From Scenedesmus sp. PABB004 (lineage: Eukaryota): DNA of 64,000 bases. The translations under genes were made by a program, and so were the position numbers. Within the stretch, counting starts at the first letter, position 1, and every line of letters begins with the position of its first letter. The notes below the pieces were generated by a model. It did no database searches and had not been told where the DNA came from. It saw only the letters and a program-made list of their open reading frames with translations. The DNA lies in the NCBI GenBank assembly GCA_014905635.1, contig JABVCE010000002.1, positions 1,550,001 through 1,614,000 on the forward strand, in the 5' to 3' direction. Below, one piece after another: positions 48,010-60,312 of the stretch.

Positions 48010-49292
48010 ATGCCGCTGGCTCCAGGACGCTGTAGACGCCGGCCTCCCCGCAGACTCGGCGGCGCGTCGACAGCTGCCGCGGCACTCCTGTGCGCTGCTC
48101 TCGCGTCCGGCGCCGCTGCGGCGGCAGCAGCGCACGGCGCCGGCGGCGGTGCGCCGTCGCTGGACGGCAGCTCGGTGGTGGCCTTTTATTATCTTTGGTA
48201 CGGCGAGCCGGCGAGCGACGGCGACTGGCGGCACTGGAACCACGAGGTGCTGCCGCACTGGTCGTCCGCGGAGCGGGGCAAGCACCCCCACGGCGCGCGC
48301 TTCAGGCCGCCGGGCGACCTCCACGCGCCCTTCTACCCCGCGGCGGGGCCCTACAGCAGCCGCGACCCGGCGACGATGCGGCGGCACCTGCGCGAGATGC
48401 GGGGCGCCGGCATCGACGTGCTGGTGCGGCGGCGGCACAGCGCACAGCGCAGCGCGGCGCGCCCCCGCCGTCCGACGCGCGAGCCGGCCGCGGCTGCGTG
48501 CGCGCAGGCGGCGTCGTGGTGGGGCCCCGAGTGGCGCAGCGGCAGCCACGACACGCAGGGCGTCAACACGGACGCGGTGCTGTCACGCCTGGTCCTCGAG
48601 GCGGAGGCGCAGCCGCAGGCAGACCCCGGCGGCGCGCCGCCCGTGCGCATCGCGCTACACCTGGAGCCGTACGAAGGTCCGGCGCGGCCGGGCGGCAGCT
48701 AGCACCACGCGGCGGCGCCGCCGCACGGCAGGCAGCCCAGCCCCGCGCGCCGCGCGCCGCGCGCCGCGCGCCGCGCGCCGCGCCGCGCGCAGGCCGCAGC
48801 GTGGAGAGCGTGCGCGCCGACCTTGGCGTGCTCATGTCGCGCTTCAACCTCTCGCCCGCGCTCGCGCGCGTCCCCGCGGATGGGGGCCGCCCCCTATACT
48901 TTGTGTACGATAGCTACCGCATCCCCCCGCACGACTGGGCGGCGCTGCTGACCCCGCACGGCAACGCGACCGTGCGCGGCACCGAGCTCGACGGCGCGCG
49001 GCGCGCCGGGGCCTGGCGCGCGCGCGGGCGGGCCGCCTCAGCTGGCTGGCTGGGCCGGCGGGCCAGGGCCACACAGCCACGCGCCGCGCCGCCCCAGGGG
49101 TGTTTATCGCGCTGCTGCTCGACCCCAAGGACGCCGCCGAGGTCGTCGCCGCCGGCTTTGACGGCGCCTACACCTATTTTGCGAGCGAGGGCGTCTCGCC
49201 GGCCAGCCACCCGGAGCGCTGGCGCGAGATCGGCGAGTGCGTGGCGCGTGCAGGCCGCCGCGCCCCGGCCGGGCCGCGCGCACGGCTGCCCA

Positions 49293-49358
<66 letters not shown>

Positions 49359-49794
49359 GTCGTGCGCTCCGCCGCGTCGCCTCGCACATGTGTCATGCGT
49401 CAGCTGGGCGGCGGCCAACGGCCAGCTCTTCTTTGCCAGCGTGGGCCCCGGTTACGACGACTCCAAGATCCGGCCCTGGAACGCGGGCGCGACGCGCGGC
49501 AGGGAGGGCGGCGCGCGCTACCGCCGCGCCTGGGACGCCGCGGCGGCGTCGGGCGCCGACGGCGTGGCGATCACGAGCTGGAACGAGTGGGGCGAGGGCA
49601 CGCAGATCGAGGCGGCGCGCCCGTGGACCAACCCCGCGACCGGAGAAGCATTCCAGGACTACGGGACGGGCGGGGAGGACCTGTATTTGGATATCACGCG
49701 CGAGGCGGCGGCCGCGTTCAAGGCTGCGCGCGCCGCGCGGCGCGACGGCGCCGCGGCGGACGAGGGCGGCCGCCGCGGCGAGACTGAGCTGTGA
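48010..49794 (+). CDS. Glycoside hydrolase family 99, glycoprotein endo-alpha-1,2-mannosidase (MANEA-like)
   Basis: Hydrophobic signal/anchor, then AFYYLWYG, WRHWNHEVLPHW, FYPAAGPYSSRDP, ALHLEPYEGRS, YFVYDSY, GFDGAYTYFA, SVGPGYDD..IRPWN, ITSWNEWGEGTQIE (catalytic ExxE). Confidence 0.93.
49294..49357. repeat. (GCC)n microsatellite in a GH99 intron
   Basis: About 21 uninterrupted GCC units. Confidence 0.9.
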
Positions 49795-50193
49795 CCGAGC
49801 TTTTTCGCGAGCTGTCTGAGCTGCCAGCGCGGCCGCCAGCCCGGCCTGCCGGAGTAGGCCGCCAGGCTCGCTGCTGCCGCCCGGCCCAGCCCGCCGCCGC
49901 CGCGTGCAGGCGCCAGCTCCGCCGCCGCTCCGTGAGAGTGACCGATGTGTTTCTGGTGGAACGCGGTCGGAAACCAGGGCGCTGCGGCCTCCTCAGACCG
50001 GCGGTTTCTGTTAGTTCGGCCTGGCCCGCCTCCGCACGGCTCTCGGAGGCGCTGCGCCCGCAGGACTGCACCGTCGCCGTTGGTAAGCTCACACGCATCT
50101 CTCCGTCAGCTGAGCCCCCACTCCGCGTGACCGAGCGCGCCGGGCGGCGGGTGTGTAGTGCTCGCGGGCGCGCCTGCTCGCGTGCGGGGCGCC

Positions 50194-51323
50194 ATGGGTG
50201 GCGGGAGCAGCTGCGATGGCGCGGGCCGGAGCCGGCGAGCTCTGGCGGTGGCGCTGCTGGGCCTGGGCTGCGTGCAGCTGGCGGCGGGCCTGCGCCCGCC
50301 GGTGGAGGTGGTCTGCTGCCCCACGGGCAGGACGTACCTCAAGGTGCGGCCAGGCGGGCACATCAGCTGGCGCCGCGTCCCGGCCAGCGGCGCGGCACGG
50401 CGCAGGTTGCCAGGCCGGCGGGCGGCGCCGCTGACAGCCCGATCGCAGCCTGGCCGCGCGCGCCACGCTCGCCCCCGCGCCGGCCGCCCGCGCTCGCGCA
50501 GCCCGCCGCCGGCGCCGGCCCTGCCCCCGGCAGCTGCTGCTGCGCGCGCCGGCGCGCGCTTACGCTGGGCGGCGCGCGGCCGCGCCGCGCCGCCGCGCAG
50601 GAGCCGCGCACGCCGACGGCGCTGATGACGTACCCGGGCAGCGGCAACACGTGGGTGCGGCACATCATCGAGACGCTCACGGGCTTCCACACCACGAGCG
50701 TGTACTGCGACAAGACGCTCGTCCCGGTGTTCAAGGCGGAGTGCGACCACAGCGACAAGTTCAATCAGTCGATCGTGGTCAAGACGCACAAGCTCAAGTA
50801 CTGCTCGCGCTGGGAGCGCGCGGTCGTGGTCATCCGCAACCCGCTGCACTCCATCCGCGGCGAGTACCAGCGCATCAACACGCACAGCCACACGGGCTTC
50901 GTGGACCCCGAGGACTGGGACTGGGAGGACTGGTACGACGTCTCCACGCGCATGTGCGAGAGCTGGACGCGCATGTTTGCCGAGGTCTTTGGCACCGCGG
51001 AGACGCCGGGCTGCGCGGCGCAGAGCAACTACAAGGTCTTCTTCTACGAGGACCTCAAGACCCCCGGCGGCGCGCTCAACCCCTACTTCCTGGACGAGCT
51101 GCTGGCCTGGTTTGGCATCGACAAGGCCGACGCGTTCTACGACTGCGCGCTCAAGTTCAACAAGGGCCACTACGCGCGCGAGCTCCCGCCCGACCACCCC
51201 GCGCAGCGCCTGCTCAACGACACCGAGACGCTCAGCCGCATGGCCAAGGCCGGCTGCATGTCCGCATACGAGTCGTACAAGCAGCGCTTCCCGCACCTGC
51301 AGCAGCCGCTCGAGGTCATCTGA
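50194..51323 (+). CDS. Membrane-anchored/secretory sulfotransferase, WSCD1/2-like catalytic domain
   Basis: 2 exons. N-terminal hydrophobic segment, PAPS-binding ALMTYPGSGNTWVRHIIETLTGFHTTSVY, VKTH, AVVVIRNP, FYEDLK. Confidence 0.82.
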
Positions 51324-51745
51324 GCACGCCGCCCGCGCGCGCGCGGCGGCGGCGGCGGCAGTGCGCGGCGACGGCGGGGGCTGCAGTGCTCGGCGGTGGC
51401 CCAGCGGCGCCCTGCCGCGCGCGACGGCAGCGCCGCGCGTGCGCGCTCCGTGTGGCGCTGGCGGGCCCCGAGGCTGCAGCTGCGCCGCAGGCAGCCTGCC
51501 GCGCGGCGCGCCTTGGCTGTTGCTGATCTGTAGCCTAGGCATAGGCAGGTGCTCAAACTGGGGGCGGCTGGCACGCATTCCTCGCTGGCGGGGCGCGGCG
51601 CGCGGGGCTGGGGCGGCGGGCGGCCGGGGCGTCGCCCGCTCATTGATTCCGGCGCCGCTGGCCGGCTGCCGCCCTCCAGCGCACGCGGGGCGCTGCGGCT
51701 GGGCTGGGGCGCGCGGACGGCAGCTCTGTGTTGCACGCAGGCTGC

Positions 51746-51750
51746 TGTAA
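51746..51750 (+). terminator. TGTAA poly(A) signal of the sulfotransferase gene
   Basis: TGTAA about 420 nt after the stop, just before the convergent TAF12 end. Confidence 0.5.
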
Positions 51751-51836
51751 CTCACAAACGCGCGTGGCGTGCAGCCGACCCGACCCGACCGACGCGACAA
51801 GGGGTATCCCGCCGCCGTCCCCAAATGCACCCCCGC

Positions 51837-52565
51837 TCAGTGCTCCGGCGCGGTGAACCGCACGCCCTTTGCGCCGCCGCCGCCGCCCCCGCCGCCGCCG
51901 CCGCCGCCTGCCTCGGCCGCCGCGGGGTGCAGGTTGGCCTTGCGCACCGCGACGCTGCGCGCCTTGTGCAGCTCGCTGGCGGCGGGGCGGCGGTAGGGCT
52001 TGTACTCCTTGCTGGCGGGGTAGCCGGGCACGGTGATGTGGTGCGCGCGCGCGATGGGCAGCAGCACGTCGCCCGAGCGCAGCACCGCGCCGCGCTTGCG
52101 CGCCGCGAGCGCGCAGCCCAGCTCGACTGCCTCCGACACGAACGACTCGGTCAGCCTCGCAAGCTGCTCGGTCAGCTCCGGCTGCAGCCGGAACGACTGC
52201 GCGGCGCGGCGGCGGGGGCGCACGCGGGCGTGAGGGCGCGCGCGGGCGTGAGGGCGCGCGCCGGCCGCCCCCTCCCGCTCGTGCTGGTGCGCGCGCGGGA
52301 CCCGGAACAACCCCGCGCCGCGCCGCACCTTGTCCAGGCCCTGCATCTGCATCACGCGCCGCAGCTGCGCCTCCTGCAGCACGCGCGCCTCGTCGCCGCC
52401 GCGGCCGCGCAGGGCCACCCTGCCCGCCGGCGGCTGCGGCGGCCGCGGGGGCGCCGGCTGGCGCAGGATGACGTCCACCGACAGCAGCGGGCCGTCCGCG
52501 CCGCCGCCGCCGGCGGCGGTCCCCGCGGCCGCGGCGCCCGAGTACCCTGCCAGCGCGCCCATCAG

Positions 52566-52623
<58 letters not shown>

Positions 52624-53636
52624 CCGCCGGCACCTGGCGGCGCGCCGGGCGCGCCGGGCGTGAGGAAGCGGCGCAGCAGGACGGCGTCCAGCGGCAGCGC
52701 GTCGTCCGGCGCGAGCGGCAGGCTGGCGGGCTCGGGCCGCTTGCGCTTCTTGTCCGCTGCCGCGGCCGCGGCCGCCGCCGCGGCCGCCGCCGCGGCGCCG
52801 GGTGCGGCGCCGAGGCCGCCGCCGGGCGTGGCCGCCAGGCCTCCGGGGCCCAGGACGGGGACGACCTTGCGGGGCGCCCGCGCCGCCGCGGCGTCCGCCA
52901 TGGCCAGCTGCGCCTGCGCCGACGGCGCCTTGCCGCCCGCCTGGCCGCCCTGCCTGCCCATCGCGAGCGCCTGCTGGTGCGCCTGCTGCTGCAGCAGGCG
53001 CTGCTGCTGCTGCTGCTGCATCAGCAGCGCCTGCTGCTGCTGCGGCGTCATCTGCTGCGCCATCTGGCCCGCGGCGTTGACGCGCTGCAGCTGCTGCAGC
53101 AGCGCCTGCCGCTGCTGCATCGTCGCCTGCGCCTGCGCCGCCTGCGCCGCCTGCGCCGCGGCCTGCTGCGCCGCGAGCTGGCCGTACGCCTGCTGCTGCG
53201 CCTGCTGCTGCTGCGCCGCCTGCTGCTGCGCCTGCTGCCCCGGGCCGCCGCCCGCGCCCGCCGGCGACGCGGTAGGCGAGGGGATGGCGTCAAAGTCGAT
53301 GTCCACGTCGCCGCCGTCCGCCGACGGCCGCGCCGGCTGCTGCTGCTGCTGCGCCTGCTGCGCCTGTTGTTGCTGCGCCTGCTGCTGCTGGCGCAGCAGC
53401 GCGCCCGCCTGCGCCGCTGTGATCTGGCCGCGCTGCTGCATGAGGGCGACCTGCTGCTGCGCCTGCGGGGCGGGGGGGGGAGCGTCAGCGCGTGAGCGCG
53501 GCGCGGCGGGGCGGCGGGCGGCGCGCACTGCTCCCGCCGCCGCCGCGCGCACCGTGATGCCCTGGGCCGCCGCCTGCTGCTGCAGGTGCAGCATCAGCTG
53601 CTGCTGCTGCGGGGTGAGCCCGCCCGGCTGCTGCAT
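51837..53636 (-). CDS. TAF12: Transcription initiation factor TFIID subunit 12 with Gln-rich N-terminus
   Basis: Histone fold: VLQEAQLRRVM..LQPELTEQLARLTESFVSEAVELGCALAARKRGAVLRSGDV..ITVPGY..YKPYRRPAASELHKAR. 3 exons. Confidence 0.85.
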
Positions 53637-54002
53637 CGCTGCGGCAGTGCTGGGGAGTGCTGCTGATGGGCGAACTGTGCTGTTGCTGGGGGCGGAAAGC
53701 TCTCCACCACCCGGCCGCCTGCTGCGCTGACTGGGGGTGTGGCTGGCGCCGTCGAGACCGGCACCGCGCCCCCCCCTGGGCGACCGCGCGCAGGACCTGC
53801 ACCGGCAAGGGCCCGTCCGCCGGGCTGCCCGGCGCACCGCGGCCGTGATCGGGCCTGCCCGCCTGGCCTCTGCTCTTGGATCCTGACCATAGCACGTAGA
53901 GAGGCCCAGCGAGGCTCACGGAGCGCGTCAGCTGCACCTGGCGCTCGCCCCGGCGCCGTCTGGACGCCAGCGGGCGCCGCTGCAACGCCGTGACTGCCCG
54001 CC

Positions 54003-55124
54003 ATGAGCGCCGACCACGGTGCGTCGCGCTGCGGGAGGCGCCGCGCTCGCTGCCGGCCGTTTGATGCTGCTGCTGCTGCTCCAGCTCGAGCTGCTCTGCT
54101 TGCCCCGCTGCGCCCGCAGAGCCTGCAGCTGCGCCGGTGGAGGAGGAGGAGGAGGCCCAGGCGCCGGTGCAGGCGGCGGCCGAGCCGGCGACGGAGCCGG
54201 CCACGGGCGACGTTGACGGGGCGCCGGCGCCGGCGCCGGCGGCGGCCGAGGCCGAGGCGCCGCCCAGCGAGGAGCCGCCCAGCGTGCCGGACAGGCCGAT
54301 CACTGACGCTGAGCCGGCAGCAGAGGCGCCCCCCGAGCCGGAGCCGGAGCTCGCGCCCGCGCCCGCGCCGGCGCCCGCGCCCGCGCCCGTGCCGGCGCCG
54401 GCGGCCGACGAGCCCGCCAGCAGCCCGGCCAAGGGCGGCGGCAAAAAGAAGAAGAAGGGCGGCGGCGGCGGCGGCGGCGCGGCCGGCGAGCCCGCAGCCG
54501 CGCCGGCCGCGCCGGCCGCGAGCAAGCAGCCCAGCGCGCCGTCCGCGCCCGCCGCCAGCGCGGCCGCGGCCGAGGGCGCCGCCGAGGGCGCGCGCGCGGA
54601 CGTGCGCGCGCCGAGCACGAGCGTGCGCGAGCTGCGCGAGCAGCTGTCCGCCGGCGGCGCGGTGCTCACGGGCGGCGCGGCGCGGCCGGCGAGCCCCGGC
54701 AGCCCGCCGCGCAAGGAGGAGCCCGCGCGCGCGCTGAGCGAGCACGACCGCGTCAACACGGCCAACGCCGCGGCGCTGCTGGCGACGGGCGAGTTCAAGC
54801 TCGTGCCGGGGCGCGACAGCGTGGCGTACGAGCGCCTGGTCACGCTGCGCCTCGAGGACGGCATCGACGTCGCACGCAAGGCGCGGCGACGCGACGCGAC
54901 GCGCGCCGCGCGACGCGCGCAGCGCGCAGCGTGCGGGCCGGCTGCGCGCGCGGGCGGGGGCGCCGCCGTCGGCGGCCCACACGCACGCACACGCGCGCGG
55001 CGCGCAGGAGGACTACCTGAGCGCCGAGGAGTTCACGCGCGTCATGGGCGTCGACCGCAGCGCGTACGCGGCGCTGCCGCAGTGGAAGCGGTTGCAGATC
55101 AAGCGCAAGGTGCAGCTCTTCTGA
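54003..55124 (+). CDS. Villin headpiece domain protein with long Pro/Ala/Glu-rich N-terminus
   Basis: 3 exons. C-terminus YERLV...GIDVARKEDYLSAEEFTRVMGVDRSAYAALPQWKRLQIKRKVQLF* is a canonical headpiece ending in LF. Confidence 0.88.
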
Positions 55125-55351
55125 CACAGCGCGCACCGAGCGCGGACCCGGCCTCCGCTGTGCAGCCACCGCACAGCCCCTCAGCCCTGGCCGGCTGCGC
55201 AGCCCGCGGCGTGGCGCCCGGACCCACCCGCGGGGCGCGCGCGAGCGCGCGAATGGTAAAAGGACCGGTTCCAGCGCCCGCGCGGCCCGCCCGCCCGGCC
55301 CCGAGCTGCTGGGCCGCGCACCGCCGCCGCCGCCGCGACCGCCGCGGGGCC

Positions 55352-58076
55352 TCACAGGTCCCAGCCGAGCACCGCCGCGTGCTGCGCGGCTGCGGCCTCG
55401 GCCTCCTGGATGCGCGCGGAGAGCTCCTCCTGCTTGCGTCCGAGGTAGTTGAAGTTCTGCGCCGCCTTGTCTGCCGCGCGCGCGTGGTGGTAGAGCTGCT
55501 GCATCATGCTCAGCCCCGCGACCTGCGCCGCCAGGTCGCCCGCGCCCTTGGCCAGCGTGAAGCTGCTGCTCACCATCGCCAGCGCGCCCTGGCTGTCCGC
55601 CGCGCCGACCTGTTCGCGCGCGTGCGCGCGCGAGGGGCGGCGCGGGTTGGCCGCGGGCTGGGCGGCCCCGGCCGCACGCCTCGCTGCCGCGCACGCCTCG
55701 CTGCCGCGCACGCCTCGCTCTGCGCTGCGGCGCCCCGCGCCTCGCTCTGCGGCGGCGCGCGCCTGCAGGGGCGCCATGAACAGCAGGACCTGGGACACGA
55801 GCTGGTGGTTCTGCAGCCGCCCGTGCGCGAGCTTGAGGCCTTTGCTCAGGCGCTGCTTCGCGTCCGCCGTCTCGTCCGCGCTCGCGTCGGGCGCGGCGAG
55901 CGCGACCAGCCCGCCCGCGACGTTGGCCAGCGCGCGCTCCACGTAGCCCAGCTCGCCCTCGCCGCCGCCGCCGGCGACCGCCAGGTCGCCGAGCAGCTCC
56001 CGCGCGCGGCCGACCGCGCCCGGCGCGTCCTGCGCCAGCGCCGCGAGCGCCGCGAGGCAGCGCCCCGCGGCGCGCAGGTGCGCGTCGCTGCTCGCGCCCG
56101 CGCGCTCAAAGTGCGCCAGCGCCGCGCCGTGGTCGCCGACCGCCTGCGCGTACAGGCCCGCCTGCAGGTGCACACACGGCCGCAGGTGCCCAAGCAGGCC
56201 GGGGAAGCGCTGCAGCAGCGCGGCGGACTGCGCCGCGTCGTGCCGCGCGGCTGCAAAGTCGCTGCAGAGCAGGTGAAGCTGCTGCCGCGCCTCGAGCAGG
56301 TGCAGGCGCAGCACCAGCGCGGCGCGCGCGTCGTACAGGCTCACGTGGTCCAGCGCCGCCTCGCCCGCGTCGGGGGGCAGCCCCAGCGCGCTCAGCTGCT
56401 CATCCACGAGCGACAGGCCTGGCGCCGGCGCGCGGCGCGCGGCGGCGCGGCCCGGGGAGGGGGCCGGGGAGGGCAGCAGGTCGGCCGAGGGCGGTGCGAG
56501 CACATGCCGATGCTGCTAGGCGGCCCCGCCGGCAGCGCAGCGGCGGCGGCCGCCGTGCGCCGCGCCCACCTCTGCTGATGTGCAGCTGCGCGGGCTTGAC
56601 CTTGCCGCCCGGCTTGAGTATGGTCGCCGCCAGCAGCTGCACCAGCGCGCCGAGGCAGGGCCGCGGCAGCCAGCAGTATGGTAGCTGCTCGCGTGGCAGC
56701 GCCTCCAGCTGGCCCTCCAGCTCCGCCACGATCGGCGGCGGGTTGGCGTCGGCGGGCGCCAGCTCCTGGAAGTTCCCCTGGCGGATGGCCATCAGCACCT
56801 GGCGTCGCCGCCGGGGCGGCGGCGACGGCGGCGGTCGGGCCAACGCGGGCGCGGCACCACGCGCTCGCCGGCCCTCTGCCCCCTCTCCCCCAGCCTGCCA
56901 GGCCCCGCCCACCGCCCACCTGCAGGACGGTGAGGTGGAGCTTCAGCAGCGCCGCGCCGCCAGCGCCGCCGGCGCCGGGCGCCTGCTCCAGCTGCTGCAG
57001 CGCCTCCACCGCCGCGGGGGCGAGCTGCTCAAAGGCCTGCCGCTCCCACGTGAGCATCACGAGCTGCAGCTGGAACAGCACGCACAGCAGCTGCGGGCCC
57101 GGACGGGCGGCCGGGCGCAGGGCGGGGCGCGGGGCAGGGCGCGGAGCGACGTGGCGGCGTGAGCGCTGCAGGCGTGCCGCCGCCGTGATCGCACGCGCCG
57201 AGCGCGCGCGGCGCAGCCCCGCGCCCCGCCGCGCTCGCGCGCGGCACACCTGCTGCTCCGCCAGGCCCGCCGCCGCCGCGAGCTCGCGCCCCCTGGCGGC
57301 GTGCTCCGCCGCACGGTGGGGCTGCCGTTCCAGCGTGAACGACTCGGCGCTGTGCAGGTGGAAATAGACTCCCCACTCGGCCAGGCCGCGCCTGCGGGGG
57401 GTGCCGCAGGGCGCGCTCCGCAGGGCGCGCTCCGCGCGCGCAAGCATACGCCGCGCGCGGGGCACGCCGCAGGGCGGCCGCCGCGCGCCGCCGCGCGCCC
57501 GCGCCGCGCCCCCGCGCGCGGCGGGCGCGCCAGGCCGGGCCGCGCACCTGCTGCTGCTGCTCGCGCCGGCGGCGCCGCCCGCCGCGGCGGTGCACAGCTG
57601 CAGGCCCTTGGCGTAGCACTGGCGCTGGAAGGCCGTCTCGCCTAGGAACTTGTGCGCGCGCCCCAGCGCCGCGAGCACCTCGCACTTGAGCAGCGCCTGG
57701 CCCGGCAGCCCCGCCACCAGCATCTCCTGCGGCGCGGCGCAGCGCGGCGCGGGCCCTGTCAGCGCCTCTGGCCGCCGCGCGGCGCTGCCGCCGCGACAGC
57801 GCAGCGCCGCAGCACCCTCTCTGCTTGCGGCACGTGAGCGGGCGCCCACACACGCACCGCCTTCTGCAGGTGCTGCTTGGCCTCCGGCACGCCGTTGGCG
57901 GCGTGCTCGAGCAGCAGCGCCGACAGCCGCAGCCGCGCGCCCGCCTCGTCCGCGGGCGGCAGCGACAGCCCCAGAAGCGCGGTGTACGCCTTGATGGCCT
58001 GCATGTGGTGCCCCTCGCCCGCCAGGCGGGCCGCCAGCGCCTGCAGCGTGCCCTGCACCTCCGCCGCCGCGGCCAT
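55352..58076 (-). CDS. MAU2: Cohesin loader subunit MAU2/SCC4
   Basis: LQALAARL..MQAIKAYTAL..LPPADEAGARLRLSALLLEHAANGVPEAKQHLQKA, YCWLPRPCLGALVQL, KQRLSKGLKLAHGRLQNHQLVSQ, SSFTLAK; TPR-like helices as in plant SCC4. Confidence 0.85.
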
Positions 58077-58366
58077 TTTGCGCTGCTGACACGCGCCCGA
58101 AATCAAACCGGCCCCTCGCAGTGGCCGCCGACCCACCGCACACGCGTGGCGTGTCTGGGCAGGGCGACGGGGGATGCGGGCGGTCTCAGCGAGCGGCGGC
58201 GGTTCTTCGCTGCTCGTCCGCGTCGCACAGGCCTCGCACGCCGCCCGCCCCGCTGGTCTACCTCTGGCAGCAGTTGGGGAGGCGATCCCGCACCCCGCCG
58301 CCGCTCCTCGAGCAGCAACCGCCGCGGCGGTTGGCGCTGCCGCGCTGCTGCCGCCCGCTGCTCCCA

Positions 58367-60174
58367 ATGGCGGCGGCGCCCGCCTACTCGATCGCCGAGC
58401 AGCTCCGGGGCGCCACCGTGCTGCTAACGGGCGCGACGGGGTGCGTCGGCTCGCTCGTGCTCGAGGCGCTGCTGCGCGGGACGGACGTGCGCCGCGTGTT
58501 CGTGCTGATGCGCCGGCGCGGCGGCGCGGCGCCGGCGGAGCGCCTGGCGCAGCTGCTGCAGGGCGCCGCGTTCCACCAGGTGCGGGACCAGGCCGCGCTC
58601 CTGGCCAAGGTCACTGCGGTCGAGGGCGACCTCCTGGCGCCCGCGCTCGGCCTCTCCGCCGCCGACGCGGCGCGGCTGGCGAGCGAGGTGACGGTGGTCG
58701 TGCACTGCGCCGCCGACATACGGCTGGAGGTGAGCGCCGCGTGGCGCGGCGCCTGTGCCCGCGCAGGCGCCGGCCGGCGTGCGGCGTGCGGCGCCGCCGC
58801 TGAGCGCGCAGCGCCGCCCGGCTGCGCGGTCAGGTCGGCATCCACGCCGCGCTCGCCGCCAACTACCACGGCACGGCCGCCGTGCTGGCGCTCGCGGCGC
58901 GCTGCGCGCGCTTGGCGGCGCTCGTGCACGTGTCGAGCGCCTTTGCCAACGTCAACGCGCCGCCCGGCAGCGTCGTGGCGGAGCGGCTCTACCCCCTCAC
59001 CTATGCGGGCGAGCCGCTGGACTGCGACGACGTGGCACAGGTGGGCGCCCGGCCGCCGCGTCTCAGGAGGAGGCAGCGCGCTGCGCACGGCGGGCCCTCG
59101 CCGGCGCCCGCGCGCGGGCGCGGCCCCGACCGCCGCCGCCGCCGCGGCACGGCGCGGCACGGCACGCCGCAGGACCTGCTGTCGCTGCCGCCCGCGGAGG
59201 CGGACGCGCGCGCGGAGGCGTTGCGAGCGCGCTGGGGGTCGGGCTTTCCCAACAACTACACGCTGGCCAAGCACCTCGCGGAGCAGCTGGTCGCGCGGTC
59301 GGGGCTGCCCGCCGCGGTTGTGCGGCCGTCGCTTGTCGGCGCGGCGGCCTACCAGCCGCGGCCGGGGCACATCGGCAACTGGGCGGGCCCGATCGGCGCG
59401 TGCGCGGCGCTGTCGTTGGGGCTGTACCACAGCCTTGGGTGCGTGAGCTCGCAGCCGGGGCACGTCTGGGACGTCGTGCCCGCCGACCTCGCCGCCAACG
59501 CGGTGATCGCGGCCGCCGCCGCCACGGCCGCGGGCGTCGGCGGCGCCGTCGCGGCGCGCGCGGGCGGCGGCGGCGGCGACGGCGACGCGCTGCTGGTCGT
59601 GCACAGTGCGAGCAGCGCGACCTTCCCCCTGACGCTCGCGGAGGGCTGGGGCCACGCGGTCGACTTCCTGCGAGTGCACGCGCGCGCCGCGCGCTTCCGG
59701 CTCAGCTGGGGCGTCGTCGGGCACATGCCGCTGTCGTTCCGGCCCAGCCCACGCCGCGTGCGGCTGCACCGCGCTTGGACGGCGCTCAAAGTCGCGGCCG
59801 CGTGCGCGCTGCTGCGATTGCTGGGCGCCAGCCGCGCGGCGGCGCGGCTGGCGAGCGGCTTTGCAGCGCTGACTGTCTTTGGGACGACCAAGGCCGACCG
59901 CGACCTCGTATTCAGCACGCGCGCCCTCGCGGCGCTCGAGGCGGGCCTGCCGCCCGACGAGCGCCGCCGCTGGCCGCTGGTGATGCGGCCGGCCATGCCG
60001 CTCCCGGGCGGCGACGGCGGCCACGGCGCGCGCGGCGTGCTGACCTGGCGCCGCTACTTCCATTCGCAGCTCGCCGCGGTGTTCAGCAGCCTGTTCCGCG
60101 TGTCGCTGCCGCGCAGCGCGCCGGGCTGGCGCGGCGGGGCGGCGGTCGAGCACGACTTTGCGTACGTGCGGTGA
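58367..60174 (+). CDS. Fatty acyl-CoA reductase (male-sterility-2/FAR family, extended SDR)
   Basis: VLLTGATGCVG (TGxxGxxG), VEGDLLAPALGLS, VVHCAADI, HVSSAF, PNNYTLAKHLAE (YxxxK), VRPSLVG, DVVPAD. 3 exons. Confidence 0.9.
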
Positions 60175-60312
60175 CGCGCGGCGCGTTAACAGCAGCACAC
60201 GCAGCCAACTCGCACGACGCCCGGCCACGCGCCGTCCCCCGATCAGAGCAGTGCGAGGCGGCCACCGCAGCTCGCCCCGAGCGGCGCCCCCGATGACAGC
60301 GCGGCGCGGCGC

